A stretch of 64,000 nucleotides of DNA from Octopus vulgaris. Its lineage: Eukaryota. A program made the position numbers and the translations under genes. The notes under the pieces were generated by a model. The model did not search any database, was not told where the DNA came from, and worked only from the letters and a program-made list of their open reading frames with translations. How positions within the stretch are numbered: the first letter of the stretch is position 1; every line of letters begins with the position of its first letter. Shown here piece by piece: positions 55,776 through 64,000 of this stretch. Location: positions 183,582,001 through 183,646,000 of the forward strand of contig OX597815.1 in assembly GCA_951406725.2 (NCBI GenBank), written 5' to 3'.

Positions 55776-58700
55776 GTATACGACAGGCTTCTTTCAGTTT
55801 CCCTCTACCAAATCCATTCACAAGTCTTTGGTCGGACCGAGGCTATAGTAGAAGACACTTGTCCAATTTGCCACGCAGTGGGACTGAACCCGGAACCATG
55901 TGGTTGGTAAGCAAGCTACTTACCACTCAGCCACTCCTGTAAGCGAATGTTTACAAAAACTAAAAAGTAACCTTTTTAATCATAATTTCTTTATTGCTTG
56001 TTTAACTCTTGTGTAGCCCACCTGTATATTGCCTTCTCTATTAATTAATTATACATTAAGGTAGAAAAATCTTTGGTATGGAAGGAATGTTTATTTAAAT
56101 AATATGAGTTTATATCTTCTGTCCACCTCTATACTCCTTATAAGGACTGATTTATAACTTATTTGAGAAAGTTTGGGTCTGCGGAGGCACATGGCCTAGA
56201 GTTTAGAGCATCGGACTCGTGGTCGAGGGATGGCGGGTTCAAATCCCAGACTGGGGAATGCGTGTGTATGGTTACAAGCGAAACACCTAAATTCCACGCG
56301 GCTCCGCAGAAGGTAATGGCGAACTTCTGCTGACTCTTTCGCCACATTTTTCTCTCACTCTTTTCTCTTGCATCTAGCAGCTCAACTGTGATGGACCGGC
56401 ATCTCGTCCAGGCGGAGAACCTATACGCCAATATAACTGGGAAACCGGGCCTTATGATCCAGGCATGGCTCGAGAAGGAACTTACAACAACAACAAAGTT
56501 TTGGTATACTCAAAAATTTGCTTTGATTACATTGAAAATGTGGAGTAGGAGAGAATGAATGTAAAAATATTATTTTATTCATCAATGCTTATTTTGGAAG
56601 AATGTTTCCCTTACTTGTAGCATAAGTTGGTCTCTGTGTGGTGGGGGATATTGTGAAGACTAATCTTGTAGCTGGTTTTTGAGCACTTGTTAAAACTTTT
56701 ACTGTGCTGACTACTGTTGAATAAGTTGGGACAACTGAAATGAAAATGAATAGATATTTCTTTACTACCCACAAGGGGCTAAACACAGAGGGGATAAACA
56801 TGGACAGAAAAACTGACTAAGTCGATTATATCGACCCCAGTGCATAACTGTCACTTAATTTATCGACCCCGAAAGGATGAAAGGTAAAGTCGACCTCGGC
56901 AGAATTTGAACTCAGAAACGTAACGGTAGACGGCGTGCTAACGTTTCTGCCAGCTCGTCGCCTTCTGAAATGAAATGAAATGAAAATGAATACATTCGAA
57001 GAGTGATACAGGAATACCTCGCTTTACGGAAATAATGCGTTCCTGAAATATTCTGGTCGTAATGCAAAATCTCTTAATGTGCTATTAATTTCCTTGCAGA
57101 TTTTCGTGTTACCAAGTGAGATTACGTCCGTGCGTACGTTTTCGAAAAAAAAAAAAAAACAGCACAAGGAATCAACAGGGAACAAGCAACACAGTCACAT
57201 TTATTCATGAAAATATTAATTTCTGAACACTCACAATATAATATATTGGGTTGGTGCATAATTATTGCGGCTTTTTTTCAACAAATTTCATTCAACAAAA
57301 ACAATAACAACATGTAACAAAAACATCTTTAAATGATTATTCCGGAGCATATTCACCATCTACTTCAATTACTGCTTACCATTTGCTTGGCAGAAGGTCA
57401 ACCCAACACATACATGAAATACATGCAATATAGATACATAAGAACACGAAAGCATTTCTAGAGGAATACATTAGGGAATTAATTCGTTGGGTGACTCGGT
57501 GCATTGTCTTCTTAAAACTTTCAAACCAGCCAGAAAGGGATTTTAATTAGAAGTTTCACCTTCTTATCTCTGCAAATCGGAAGATAAACTTTTGGTATTT
57601 AAAAAAATTATCATCGTGTTTATCGGCACTTTACGCCGATTATCGGCACTTTACGCCGATTATTGGCACTTTACGCCGACCCATAACATTCAAGAGTCAT
57701 TCTGTCTTAAGTGTTTCATTGTCATGTGGCACTCCATCGTTTACGACGACGTGAGTTCCAGTTGATCAGATCAACGGAACAGCCTGCTCGTGAAATTAAC
57801 GTGCAAGTGGCTGAGCACTCCACAGACACGTGTATCTTTAATGTAGTTCTCGGGGAGATTCAGCGTGACACAGAGTGTGACAAGGCTGGCCATTCGAAAT
57901 ACAGGTACAACAGAAACAAGAAGAAAGAGTGAGAGAAAGTTGTGGAGAAGAAGTACAGCAGGGTTCGCCACCCACCCCCCTGCCAAAGTCTCGTGGAGCT
58001 TTAGGAGTTTTCGCTCAATAAACACAACGCCCGGTCTGGGAATCGAAACAGTGATCCTACGACCGCGAGTCCGTTGCCTTAACCACTGGGCCATTGTGCC
58101 TCCACAGTGTTTAACGGAGTATCCTCTTGTCTTATTGACATAATTTTCTCTCTGTCGTCATTTATTGTTCCCACTGTAGTTGTCGTAATATTTAATGTTT
58201 TGGCAATGTAACTTGGTTTCTCTTCTGCACCAAGTCTTTTTTTAAAACATCAGGTTTAATCCCGTTTTGCAGTACTACTTTCAGTTTTACTTGATATCTT
58301 CCTTCCAGACATTTTAATTAGAAGGAAACTTCATCAACTGCGGTGATTAATTATCTACAGCAACAAATATGTAGTAAAAAAAGTTCTGTTTCGTGAGAGC
58401 GGAAAATTATTTTATTCTTAAGGATGTAAAAATGAAAGGGTTAGGGTTAGAAAAAGCGAAACATTGAAGAGTCACCAGATTTTATAGGCAATTCGGCCCT
58501 TGTATTTCTGATTTAAAACATAAACACACACACTCACACACATATGCATATATACATACATACACACATACATACATACTCAGACACACATACACATATT
58601 CATATATGCATTGTGTTATAATCTGAGAAAGATATTTTTTCCGCAATTCGAATGTGCACAAGCAGTGGTTAAACAAAGGCCAGTTTCCGGAAACTATCGC

Positions 58701-61477
58701 AAAAAATGGGGTGTTTTGAACACAAGGTGATGCACTGGGCTTGGTGGAATTATGAGCGGATAATTGACAACGAATTCGTTCTGGACGGTCGAAACAGCGA
58801 TGCCAAATGTATTCTATTGTGCAACAAAATATCGGCATTGATTAATAGAAAGTGAGGTCTTCTGTAGCAAGACAATGCAAGACCTCATACCGCTCGAAAA
58901 ACTGTAATAACATCTAGGAACTCCAGAGAATGAAACTAACGCCACGTCCAGCATATAGTCCGAACATAGCTCCCTCGGATCAGAACATGTTCCGATCCAT
59001 GGCTTACTTCCTGCGCTCGTGACACTTGATCAGCCAAGAAGAATTGAAATCTTCAATGAAGGAGTTCTTCGTCTTGAAGGTATATATAAAAAAAAAAACA
59101 ATTCAGCACGGAAAAACATAGTTCAACATGATGATCAACACCAGTGTTAGCCATGTTGTTTTAATATTTATCTATGCTCAGCTAATACCCCCAACGGTTC
59201 CTCTTCGCATTAATTTTAGTTATAGAAAGGCATATATTTCCGCTAGCAACCTAGCAATACATTACGAAATACGTTGAGTAAATACAAATTTATGTCAAAA
59301 ACTTTCTTGTGTATTTAATTCATTATACGTGCCTCTATGCATACATCTACAATGTGCCACTGAAACAGTTTTAAAAATACAACGCAAAATGATTTGATAC
59401 AATGCTCAGAGATCTACCGTGAATGATTAAATTTTTATATACAAATAACATTTTATTGGTAAGTGTCCCTCAAATGCATACTTTTTTCTACAATCAATAA
59501 AATATAATTATAGATAAAATTCGTACCACAATCATGTTCGTCAGATCCAGAAAAACAGTCTATAATTCCATCACATATCTTGGTTCTATTTATACAATGA
59601 CCATCTTCGCATTGGAACTCGTCTTCATGGCATTTGCAAATGTCACATGTCATGTTTCCACCTTTACAAGTGCTATAAAAATAAATAAAAACAATAAAAT
59701 TGCGCCAAATAAGTTTAATTATATAAGAAATAAAATATTACATTTCATGTTGCTAATTGGTGTAAGACGTAATTCTAAGTACGAGGTAACACGAAAAAAA
59801 TAAAAATAAATAAAAACAGATTCATTGAAATTCATTAAAAAAAAAACTTTTGGCCGTAAGAAAATATTTGACTTTAATCAGTTAAAAAAAAGTAAAAATA
59901 AAATACTCAAGTTAAAAATATTTAAAAAAGAACCCGAAATAATAGTAAAAAATATAATAAATAAAAACAACAACAGTTGCTTGATTGGTGACGTCAATGT
60001 GCTTGAGTGGGCAGCAGAGGTTGTTGGAGAAATATGGTAAACTGTATTGACATTGATAGAAATATTAAAATTACTAAGTCTCTCTAAAGGAGATTACGGC
60101 AGCGTTACTGGATATTAATAGTTATCGCCATACTAATATGGCAGTCTATAAATATAAGACTAAAGCTGTCGCTGATTAGCTCCAAGAGGCCATCGCCTCT
60201 AGCTAGCTATATGACACACGAACCTGCGTCCATTACAACCTTGACATTGAATTCGAAGGAATCGGTTGGTCATTAACGTTTCCAGCTCAGAGCATCGACT
60301 TTCAACGTGCAGTAAGAACTTATTACGTATGCCTTGACTGTTTTTACTCTTGTCATCTATGATAACCCTATCAGGAACATAAGCGTCGCGAACAGCTCCC
60401 ATAAATTTAGCAGTGTATTCAGCATTAGGATCTATCTCTTGGCAAAGGGCTAGTGTGCTTTCCATACGCGCAAAAAGCTTGTATTTTGTTTTTATTTTTG
60501 CTGAACTGTCTTGGTTTCGATTCCAGTTGCTGCACCTTCTCTTGTTGCTATTCATAAAACGCCATCAGTTCTTCATTCGTGAGGAATCGTTTGTCTCAGC
60601 ATTAATTAATGCGTTAAAATCCTCCTCCTTCTCCTCCTCCTCCTCCTACAAGTACGATAACTTTGGAGTAACCAAAACCTCAACTATTTAGGATGCACCA
60701 CCCTGAATTATGTTAAAAGAACTCTATCGATATAATGGGAAACCGTTTCAATCACCTCTAATCTGAAAGAAACGGCCCAAGATAGAACTGACTGGAGGAC
60801 ACTGATCCAACGAGTGACCGAGAGTCGACTTCGACTGAGCGGATAGAGAGAGAGAGATCAGGTAACCATCCGTCACTTCGCTTTGTATCTTAAACTAGCC
60901 GCAAATAAATAAGCTCAGTTTACTTCGAGCTACACTTGTTGAAGGAACCTGAATGAAGATGCACAGACAGTTATGCTTGGTTGCTTGTGCAACTGTATGC
61001 ACTCGGTGCAGCAGAAACACGTATAGGTTCATTTACCCAGCAAATTATGCTGTATAAAACTATAAAATTAAAAGAGAAATTTCATGATGTACCAGTCTCC
61101 GTATTTTTCATTACTATTTGGTATTATATATATATATATGAGTATGTGTTTCTTTGTGTCTGTGTTTGTCTCTCAATCATTGCCTGACAAACCAGCGTTG
61201 GTGTGTTTACGTCCCTGTAACTTAGCTTTACAGAAAACCGATAGAATTAGTAGAAGGTTTTACAAAAAGTAATAAGTACTGGGTTCTATATGTTTTTGAG
61301 GCGGTGCCCCAGCATGATCGCAGTCTAAAAGCTGAAAAAAGGAGATAAATGATATGATTGAGATAAGGTTAGAAACTTACCAATTCTTGCAAGAAGCTAC
61401 GTAAATTTTAGTTCCTGATGGATACAGTTTTCCTTCATATATACAAGGACAACTTTCTTCAGGAATACATTTTCCTC
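888..61477 (-). CDS. Partial multi-exon gene (92 predicted exons, ~4,039 aa in window, open at both ends): giant mucin/hemolectin/SCO-spondin-like protein, TIL/E - LDLa - PTS - 23x[discoidin-like domain +/- PTS linker]
   Basis: Hand-spliced exons with canonical AG/GT and compatible phases. 61381-61477 (phase 1-2), 59527-59672 (2-1), 56615-56734 (1-1), 55184-55252 (1-1), then repeats of A 63 nt (1-1), B 260 nt (1-0), C 127 nt (0-1), D 69 nt (1-1). No stops in the copies I translated; near-identical copies were checked by eye against these. Confidence 0.85.
2345..2741 (+). mobile_element. Non-autonomous Helitron-like insertion (397 bp) in a C-D intron
   Basis: Compared with the paralogous empty site (atgggaaa|tttgatata, ~1066-1082) it sits between A and T with no TSD. 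It starts TCTTTATATATAAAA, has a GC-rich subterminal imperfect palindrome (cccgagcaacgccgagc) and ends CTAC, a variant of CTAG. Internal ~60-bp duplication at ~2490 and ~2592. Confidence 0.75.
4467..5066 (+). mobile_element. Solo LTR (600 bp), related to the LTRs at 40121 and 42241
   Basis: TG...CA termini and a 4-bp TSD GTAG (4463-4466, 5067-5070). The empty site ccaatcgtagcatcttag is present in the sister units, and unit spacing is 3,016 = 2,412 + 604. Confidence 0.93.
5424..5492 (-). CDS. Representative exon D: PTS linker ([23 protein letters not shown])
   Basis: Acceptor aatattgcag, donor gtgagt, 69 nt, phase 1-1. 23 copies. Confidence 0.87.
5608..5734 (-). CDS. Representative exon C: C-terminal part of discoidin-like domain ([42 protein letters not shown])
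   Basis: Acceptor catttattag, donor gtaagc, 127 nt, phase 0-1. 23 copies. This frame is absent from the ORF track. Confidence 0.88.
6299..6558 (-). CDS. Representative exon B: N-terminal part of discoidin-like domain ([38 protein letters not shown]...[19 protein letters not shown])
   Basis: Acceptor ttctttatcag, donor CAG|gtattt, 260 nt, phase 1-0. 23 copies. Similarity among diverged copies stops at these boundaries. Confidence 0.9.
6678..6740 (-). CDS. Representative exon A: PTS linker ([21 protein letters not shown])
   Basis: Acceptor tttataatgcag, donor gtaagt, 63 nt, phase 1-1. 19 copies in the window. Confidence 0.85.
40121..42829 (+). mobile_element. Non-autonomous or internally deleted LTR retrotransposon (Gypsy-like): LTRs 40121-~40706 and 42241-42829, ~1.5-kb internal region
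   Basis: Direct repeats of ~590 bp starting TGTAGTGATC, 3' LTR ending TTACA, TSD TATT (40117-40120, 42830-42833). PBS follows the 5' LTR and a degenerate PPT (ctggagcggag) precedes the 3' LTR. No recognisable gag or pol. Confidence 0.9.
40708..40725 (+). promoter_or_regulatory. Primer-binding site complementary to tRNA-Trp 3' end
   Basis: TGGTGACCCCGACGTAAT versus the reverse complement of the animal tRNA-Trp 3' end as I recall it, TGGTGACCCCGACGTGAT (17/18). Confidence 0.85.
42861..43257 (-). mobile_element. Two adjacent copies of a tRNA-derived SINE (one lacking its head)
   Basis: Shared core ttaatttatcga-cccgaaaggatgaaa...gtcgacctcggcggaatttgaactcagaac, repeated twice here and again at 56753-56964. 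The minus-strand head has A-box/B-box-like motifs (TGGCAGAAACG...GTTCAAATT). Confidence 0.8.
43364..44173 (-). CDS. Most diverged module: exon B 43914-44173, C 43584-43710, D 43364-43432
   Basis: [38 protein letters not shown]...NNTLK | [42 protein letters not shown] | [23 protein letters not shown]. Exon lengths (260/127/69) and phases are exactly conserved despite many substitutions. Confidence 0.87.
44180..54330 (-). repeat. Type-2 intragenic tandem array, ~2,107-bp unit, 5 domain copies (one unit shortened by 400 bp)
   Basis: B exons at 46021-46280, 48128-48387, 49837-50096, 51944-52203, 54051-54310. C at 45661-45787, 47769-47895, 49477-49603, 51584-51710, 53691-53817. D at 45456-45524, 47564-47632, 49272-49340, 51379-51447, 53486-53554. 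A at 44293-44355, 46400-46462, 50216-50278, 52323-52385. Confidence 0.93.
54445..55068 (-). CDS. First (diverged) discoidin-like module: exon B 54809-55068 plus exon C 54445-54571
   Basis: [38 protein letters not shown]...TEIQ | [42 protein letters not shown], with canonical splice sites. Confidence 0.85.
55184..55252 (-). CDS. Exon: Thr-rich linker ([23 protein letters not shown]), occupying the exon-A position of the first module
   Basis: Acceptor ttatattgtag, donor gtgagt, 69 nt, phase 1-1. Confidence 0.82.
55505..55939 (-). mobile_element. tRNA-derived SINE with internal (CA)n/(TA)n tract
   Basis: Minus-strand head caggagtggctgagtggtaag...gggttcagtccc (A/B boxes) and a short tandem tail (ttactct). 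A related remnant lies at ~61130-61345. Confidence 0.8.
56183..56496 (+). mobile_element. tRNA-derived SINE with (CAA)n tail
   Basis: Head ggaggcacatggcctagag...gggttcaaatccc. Homologous to the heads at 57717-58105 (-) and 63676 (+). Confidence 0.8.
56615..56734 (-). CDS. Exon: Thr/Ser/Val-rich mucin-like segment ([40 protein letters not shown])
   Basis: Acceptor ttcatttcag, donor gtaagg, 120 nt, phase 1-1, in frame with its neighbours. Confidence 0.75.
56753..56964 (-). mobile_element. SINE inserted 18 nt upstream of the exon at 56615-56734
   Basis: Same family as 43027-43257. Flanked by the duplicated sequence tgaaatgaaaatgaata. Confidence 0.82.
57244..57400 (-). mobile_element. Mariner 3' end fragment (TIR plus transposase C-terminus)
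   Basis: TA-TTGGGTTGGTGCATAATTATTGCGG resembles the Hsmar1-type TIR. The minus strand reads [14 protein letters not shown]. Confidence 0.78.
57621..57680. repeat. Three copies of a 20-bp palindromic tandem repeat
   Basis: tatcggcactttacgccgat x2 plus tattggcactttacgccgac. Confidence 0.9.
57717..58105 (-). mobile_element. tRNA-derived SINE with 7-bp TSD
   Basis: Head gtggaggcacaatggcccagtggttaagg...gtttcgattccc. TSD agtgttt at 57710-57716 and 58106-58112. Confidence 0.83.
58660..59080 (+). pseudogene. Degraded mariner transposase catalytic-domain fragment
   Basis: Motifs [22 protein letters not shown] and [15 protein letters not shown] (canonical YSPDLAPSDYHLF), with stops and frameshifts. 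Confidence 0.85.
59527..59672 (-). CDS. Exon: end of E module plus LDL receptor class A domain ([35 protein letters not shown])
   Basis: Acceptor atttttatag, donor gtacga, 146 nt. Six-Cys LDLa signature with FxC, CI, CDG and DCxxGSDE. Confidence 0.92.
60763..60857 (+). mobile_element. 3' end of an RTE-clade LINE
   Basis: [27 protein letters not shown] followed by (AG)n, resembling the RTE/BovB ORF C-terminus (DRxxWRxxVxxVxxSRxRL). Confidence 0.7.
61130..61345 (+). mobile_element. SINE 3' remnant (family of 55505-55939)
   Basis: gtgtgtttacgtccctgtaacttagc and gaggcggtgccccagcatgatcgcagtc match the reverse complement of 55540-55670. Confidence 0.7.
61381..61477 (-). CDS. Exon: end of TIL domain plus E/VWC-like module ([32 protein letters not shown])
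   Basis: Acceptor aaattgcag, donor gtaagt, 97 nt. The G-x-C-x5-CPC-x3-G-x2-Y-x2-G...C-x2-C pattern is typical of vWF D assemblies in mucins, SCO-spondin and hemolectin. The split codon TG|C joins to [10 protein letters not shown] in the next exon. Confidence 0.88.
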
Positions 61478-61888
61478 CTGCAATTTGAATAAAATACCAT
61501 AAAAAATATTGCTAAAACACATCGTCATTGTAAGTGCACATTTATATACGTGACTGTGTTTACATGCAAACATATAAATATATTCAGGTGACAAAATGTT
61601 ATATAAATATATTTGGTGACGTGGTGACGCAAAGAGGGAAAATAAAAACGCAATATATATTTTTTCTTTATAATCAGCAGAATATTTACAAAAACAGAGA
61701 ATTTGGGGCTTAGCAATTATCAAGTGGTAAGAGGCACATTATATGTATATATATATATATATATATAGGGAGAGTTTACGAAAAAAACAAAAGATGAAGA
61801 CAAGTGGTGTACAAAACAAACAGATGTATTAGTATAACGCTCAGGAATAGAAAAAGTCTTATATATATATAAGTCTATATATATAAAA

Positions 61889-61922
<34 letters not shown>

Positions 61923-62126
61923 TTTATATAAATAAGGATAAGATCGTTTATCTAAAAATAAAATAACAATTTTATCAAGTGGCCAGCATGGAAAAAATAA
62001 CCTTCAAAGGTAATAATTATTAAAATTATAAACTAGGGTATCTATAAATTAGGGTATCTCCGTGTTGATATATGGACAATTAAGGTGGCTATTTTCAGCA
62101 TGGTGGTATCTCGTAGATACCCTAAT

Positions 62127-62130
<4 letters not shown>

Positions 62131-62195
<65 letters not shown>
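62131..62195. repeat. (TA)n microsatellite
   Basis: Pure AT dinucleotide run. Other runs at ~58520-58600, 61741-61767 and 61861-61919. Confidence 0.95.
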
Positions 62196-62198
<3 letters not shown>

Positions 62199-63576
62199 TG
62201 GTGACTCCGGCACTCGGGCTGTTCGTAGTTAGTCCGAGAATAAATTTAGTAAAGAGGTCGCTCGGGTTCATCACAGATTTCGCATAAGGTACATGCTTGC
62301 GCTAAGAATTTCACGTTTTTCCTCAATATTTCTAGCCCCAAATGTCTTACTTTCTATATCTAGCGCTGTGCGTTTCACCATTTCTAAATCAAGGGTAAAA
62401 ATAAAGCAGCCCTGCAAAACACAACTGATCTTTACACACAGATGCACAGAATAACAGTAATCAAATAACGACAGCCTAGTACACAACAAACATCAGCGAT
62501 CTGACTGTCACCTGAACTCTTGACAAGAGTTACCAGTTAATCTTTTACATCTATCAGGCTCGTTCGTACTAACCTGAGTTGCTGGAATATTATAGAACGG
62601 AAACTTTTCATAGATTGGAATTTAAATCCTAATCTCTAAGAAAACATTGAATTTGAATTACTCGGACTGTAACTTCTGGGCCCGAGTCAGGCGCGTGTGA
62701 ACGATGTCGAGAGAACGTCTGCTACGAATGGTATTTTTTGACACAGTGCGCCTCTAAGACGACCGCCAAATGTTGAACGAAAATAAATGAACTGCGATCA
62801 GGCTCAATAGAAGGAGCCCGAGTTATTGGCTGCAATTACATACTTGAAGCCAGCGTTGGCAGAAATTAAATCAGTAAAAACACGTTCACTTTACTAAATG
62901 TAGCAGAAGAGAGAAGTATGTGGGGGTTCTTTTGAATTCAGTACAGTCAACTCATTGAAATTTCATTACAAAATATTTTTCTTTTTCCTTTTTCCATTGT
63001 ATATATGTCAACATATTTGTAGATAAACACATTTTCCCTTAAGGGTTGGTGACCTTTTAAAGGTGTCAATTTTAGGAAGTAGGATGGAAGAAATAAGAAA
63101 AGGTGGGAGGTTGCGGTCATCACCGAAAAATAAAAAAAAAGAGTTCAAAGTTCAAAGCCCTATGAAAAGGTTTATTCTTTTACACTGTGTAGGCCAAGTC
63201 TTTAATTCTGTGCAATTCTGTTTCGCATGAACAAATTAATATTTAATGTCTGTTCATGCGAAACATACTTTCAATGAGTTGACCGCACTGAATTGAGAAG
63301 AACCTCCCCCATCTCTCTCTCTCTCTATCCTCTCCCAATCTTTATTTTTTTCTCTTCTTTCTTGATTGTCCTGAAGCCTCTCCCTCTATCTATCCACCCC
63401 ACGCTTTGCTTTTCTTTCTTTTTTCCATATATATGTGAGAGGTATTATTATCCAGAAGACCCAAGGTGGCAGTGCTATGGAAGGACCGTAGTTAAACTCT
63501 CGATTCCATAATGATTACGAGTGAGGAGTCTAATGTGGGTCTTGTATGAGCGCGAGCGCGTGTGTACATATACGTA

Positions 63577-63577
63577 C

Positions 63578-63633
<56 letters not shown>

Positions 63634-63675
63634 ATATATATATATGTATATATATGTATATATATGTATATATAT
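63577..63675. repeat. Compound (CT)n(TA)n(TG)n microsatellite
   Basis: Directly visible in the sequence. Confidence 0.95.
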
Positions 63676-63987
63676 GGAGGCGCAATGGCCTAGTGGTTAG
63701 GGCAGCGGACTCGCTGTCGTAGGATCGCGGTTTCGATTCCCACACCGGGCGTTGTGCGTGTTTATTGAGCGAAAACACCTAAAGCTCCACGAGGCTCCGG
63801 CAGGGTGGTGGTGGCGATCCCTGCTGTACTCTTTCGCCACAACTTTCTCTCACTCTTTCTTCTGTTGGCCTGCTCGCTTAGCCAGCGGGGTGGCGTCATT
63901 TGAAGGCTAAAACAATGCGAGGCGCATTGTGACCAGTGATTTGTAACAATATCTGATAGCCTGGTCGGTCACGGTGATCACGGTGAT
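63676..63987 (+). mobile_element. tRNA-derived SINE embedded in a (TA)n tract
   Basis: Head ggaggcgcaatggcctagtggttagggc...ggtttcgattccc. Its 5' half is homologous to 56183 and 57717-58105, with a different 3' tail. Confidence 0.83.
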
Positions 63988-64000
63988 ATATATATATATA

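Larger units (their letters stand above)
57007..58311 (-). mobile_element. Degraded Tigger/pogo-like transposon fossil interrupted by mariner and SINE insertions
   Basis: TA-CAGGAATACCTCG end resembling the Tigger TIR at ~57007. Minus-strand peptides [26 protein letters not shown] (psq-type HTH, ~58165-58245) and SGWFESFKK (CENP-B-type HTH motif, ~57508-57535). Confidence 0.55.

Noticed and set aside
3283-57680. CRISPR-like array (large repeats or the 20-bp palindromic triplet)
   Set aside because: No unique spacers and no cas genes. The context is eukaryotic and spliceosomal.
60199-60555. 118-aa minus-strand ORF as an exon of the mucin-like gene
   Set aside because: The flanking exons already join perfectly (TG|C completing the CxxCTC motif). 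The ORF has no convincing splice sites and only vaguely resembles a pogo/Tigger C-terminus.
888-61477. Assigning a gene symbol (SSPO, Hml, MUC5AC/MUC2, VWF)
   Set aside because: Only one TIL/E and one LDLa module are visible, so orthology cannot be determined from this window.
55870-63760. tRNA genes
   Set aside because: The A/B-box sequences are SINE heads continuing into repeat bodies, with no complete cloverleaf.

Overview
AT-rich animal genomic DNA, probably a cephalopod such as Octopus (inferred from the SINE families and dense TA/CA microsatellites, not verified). Almost the whole window is one intron-rich minus-strand gene that runs off both ends and that the ORF track misrepresents. 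Reading GT/AG sites by hand gives 92 exons (12,117 nt, about 4,039 codons) in one frame. In transcript order these are a TIL/E (vWF-type) exon, an LDLa exon, two Ser/Thr-rich exons, then 23 copies of a ~130-aa two-Cys domain. That domain is split over exon B (260 nt) and exon C (127 nt) and looks like a very divergent F5/8 type C (discoidin) fold. Most copies are separated by Pro/Thr/Ser exons D (69 nt) and A (63 nt). The product is predicted to be a giant gel-forming mucin/hemolectin/SCO-spondin-like glycoprotein. The modules form a near-identical 2,412-bp array (15 units, ~3-39 kb), a ~2,107-bp array (5 units, ~44-54 kb) and three diverged copies. Four internal deletions all preserve the frame because the modules are phase-1 symmetric. 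Introns carry a solo LTR, a non-autonomous LTR element with a tRNA-Trp PBS, a Helitron-like insert, tRNA-derived SINEs, and mariner, Tigger and RTE fossils. Exons are predicted from sequence only, and the copy number could be affected by assembly.
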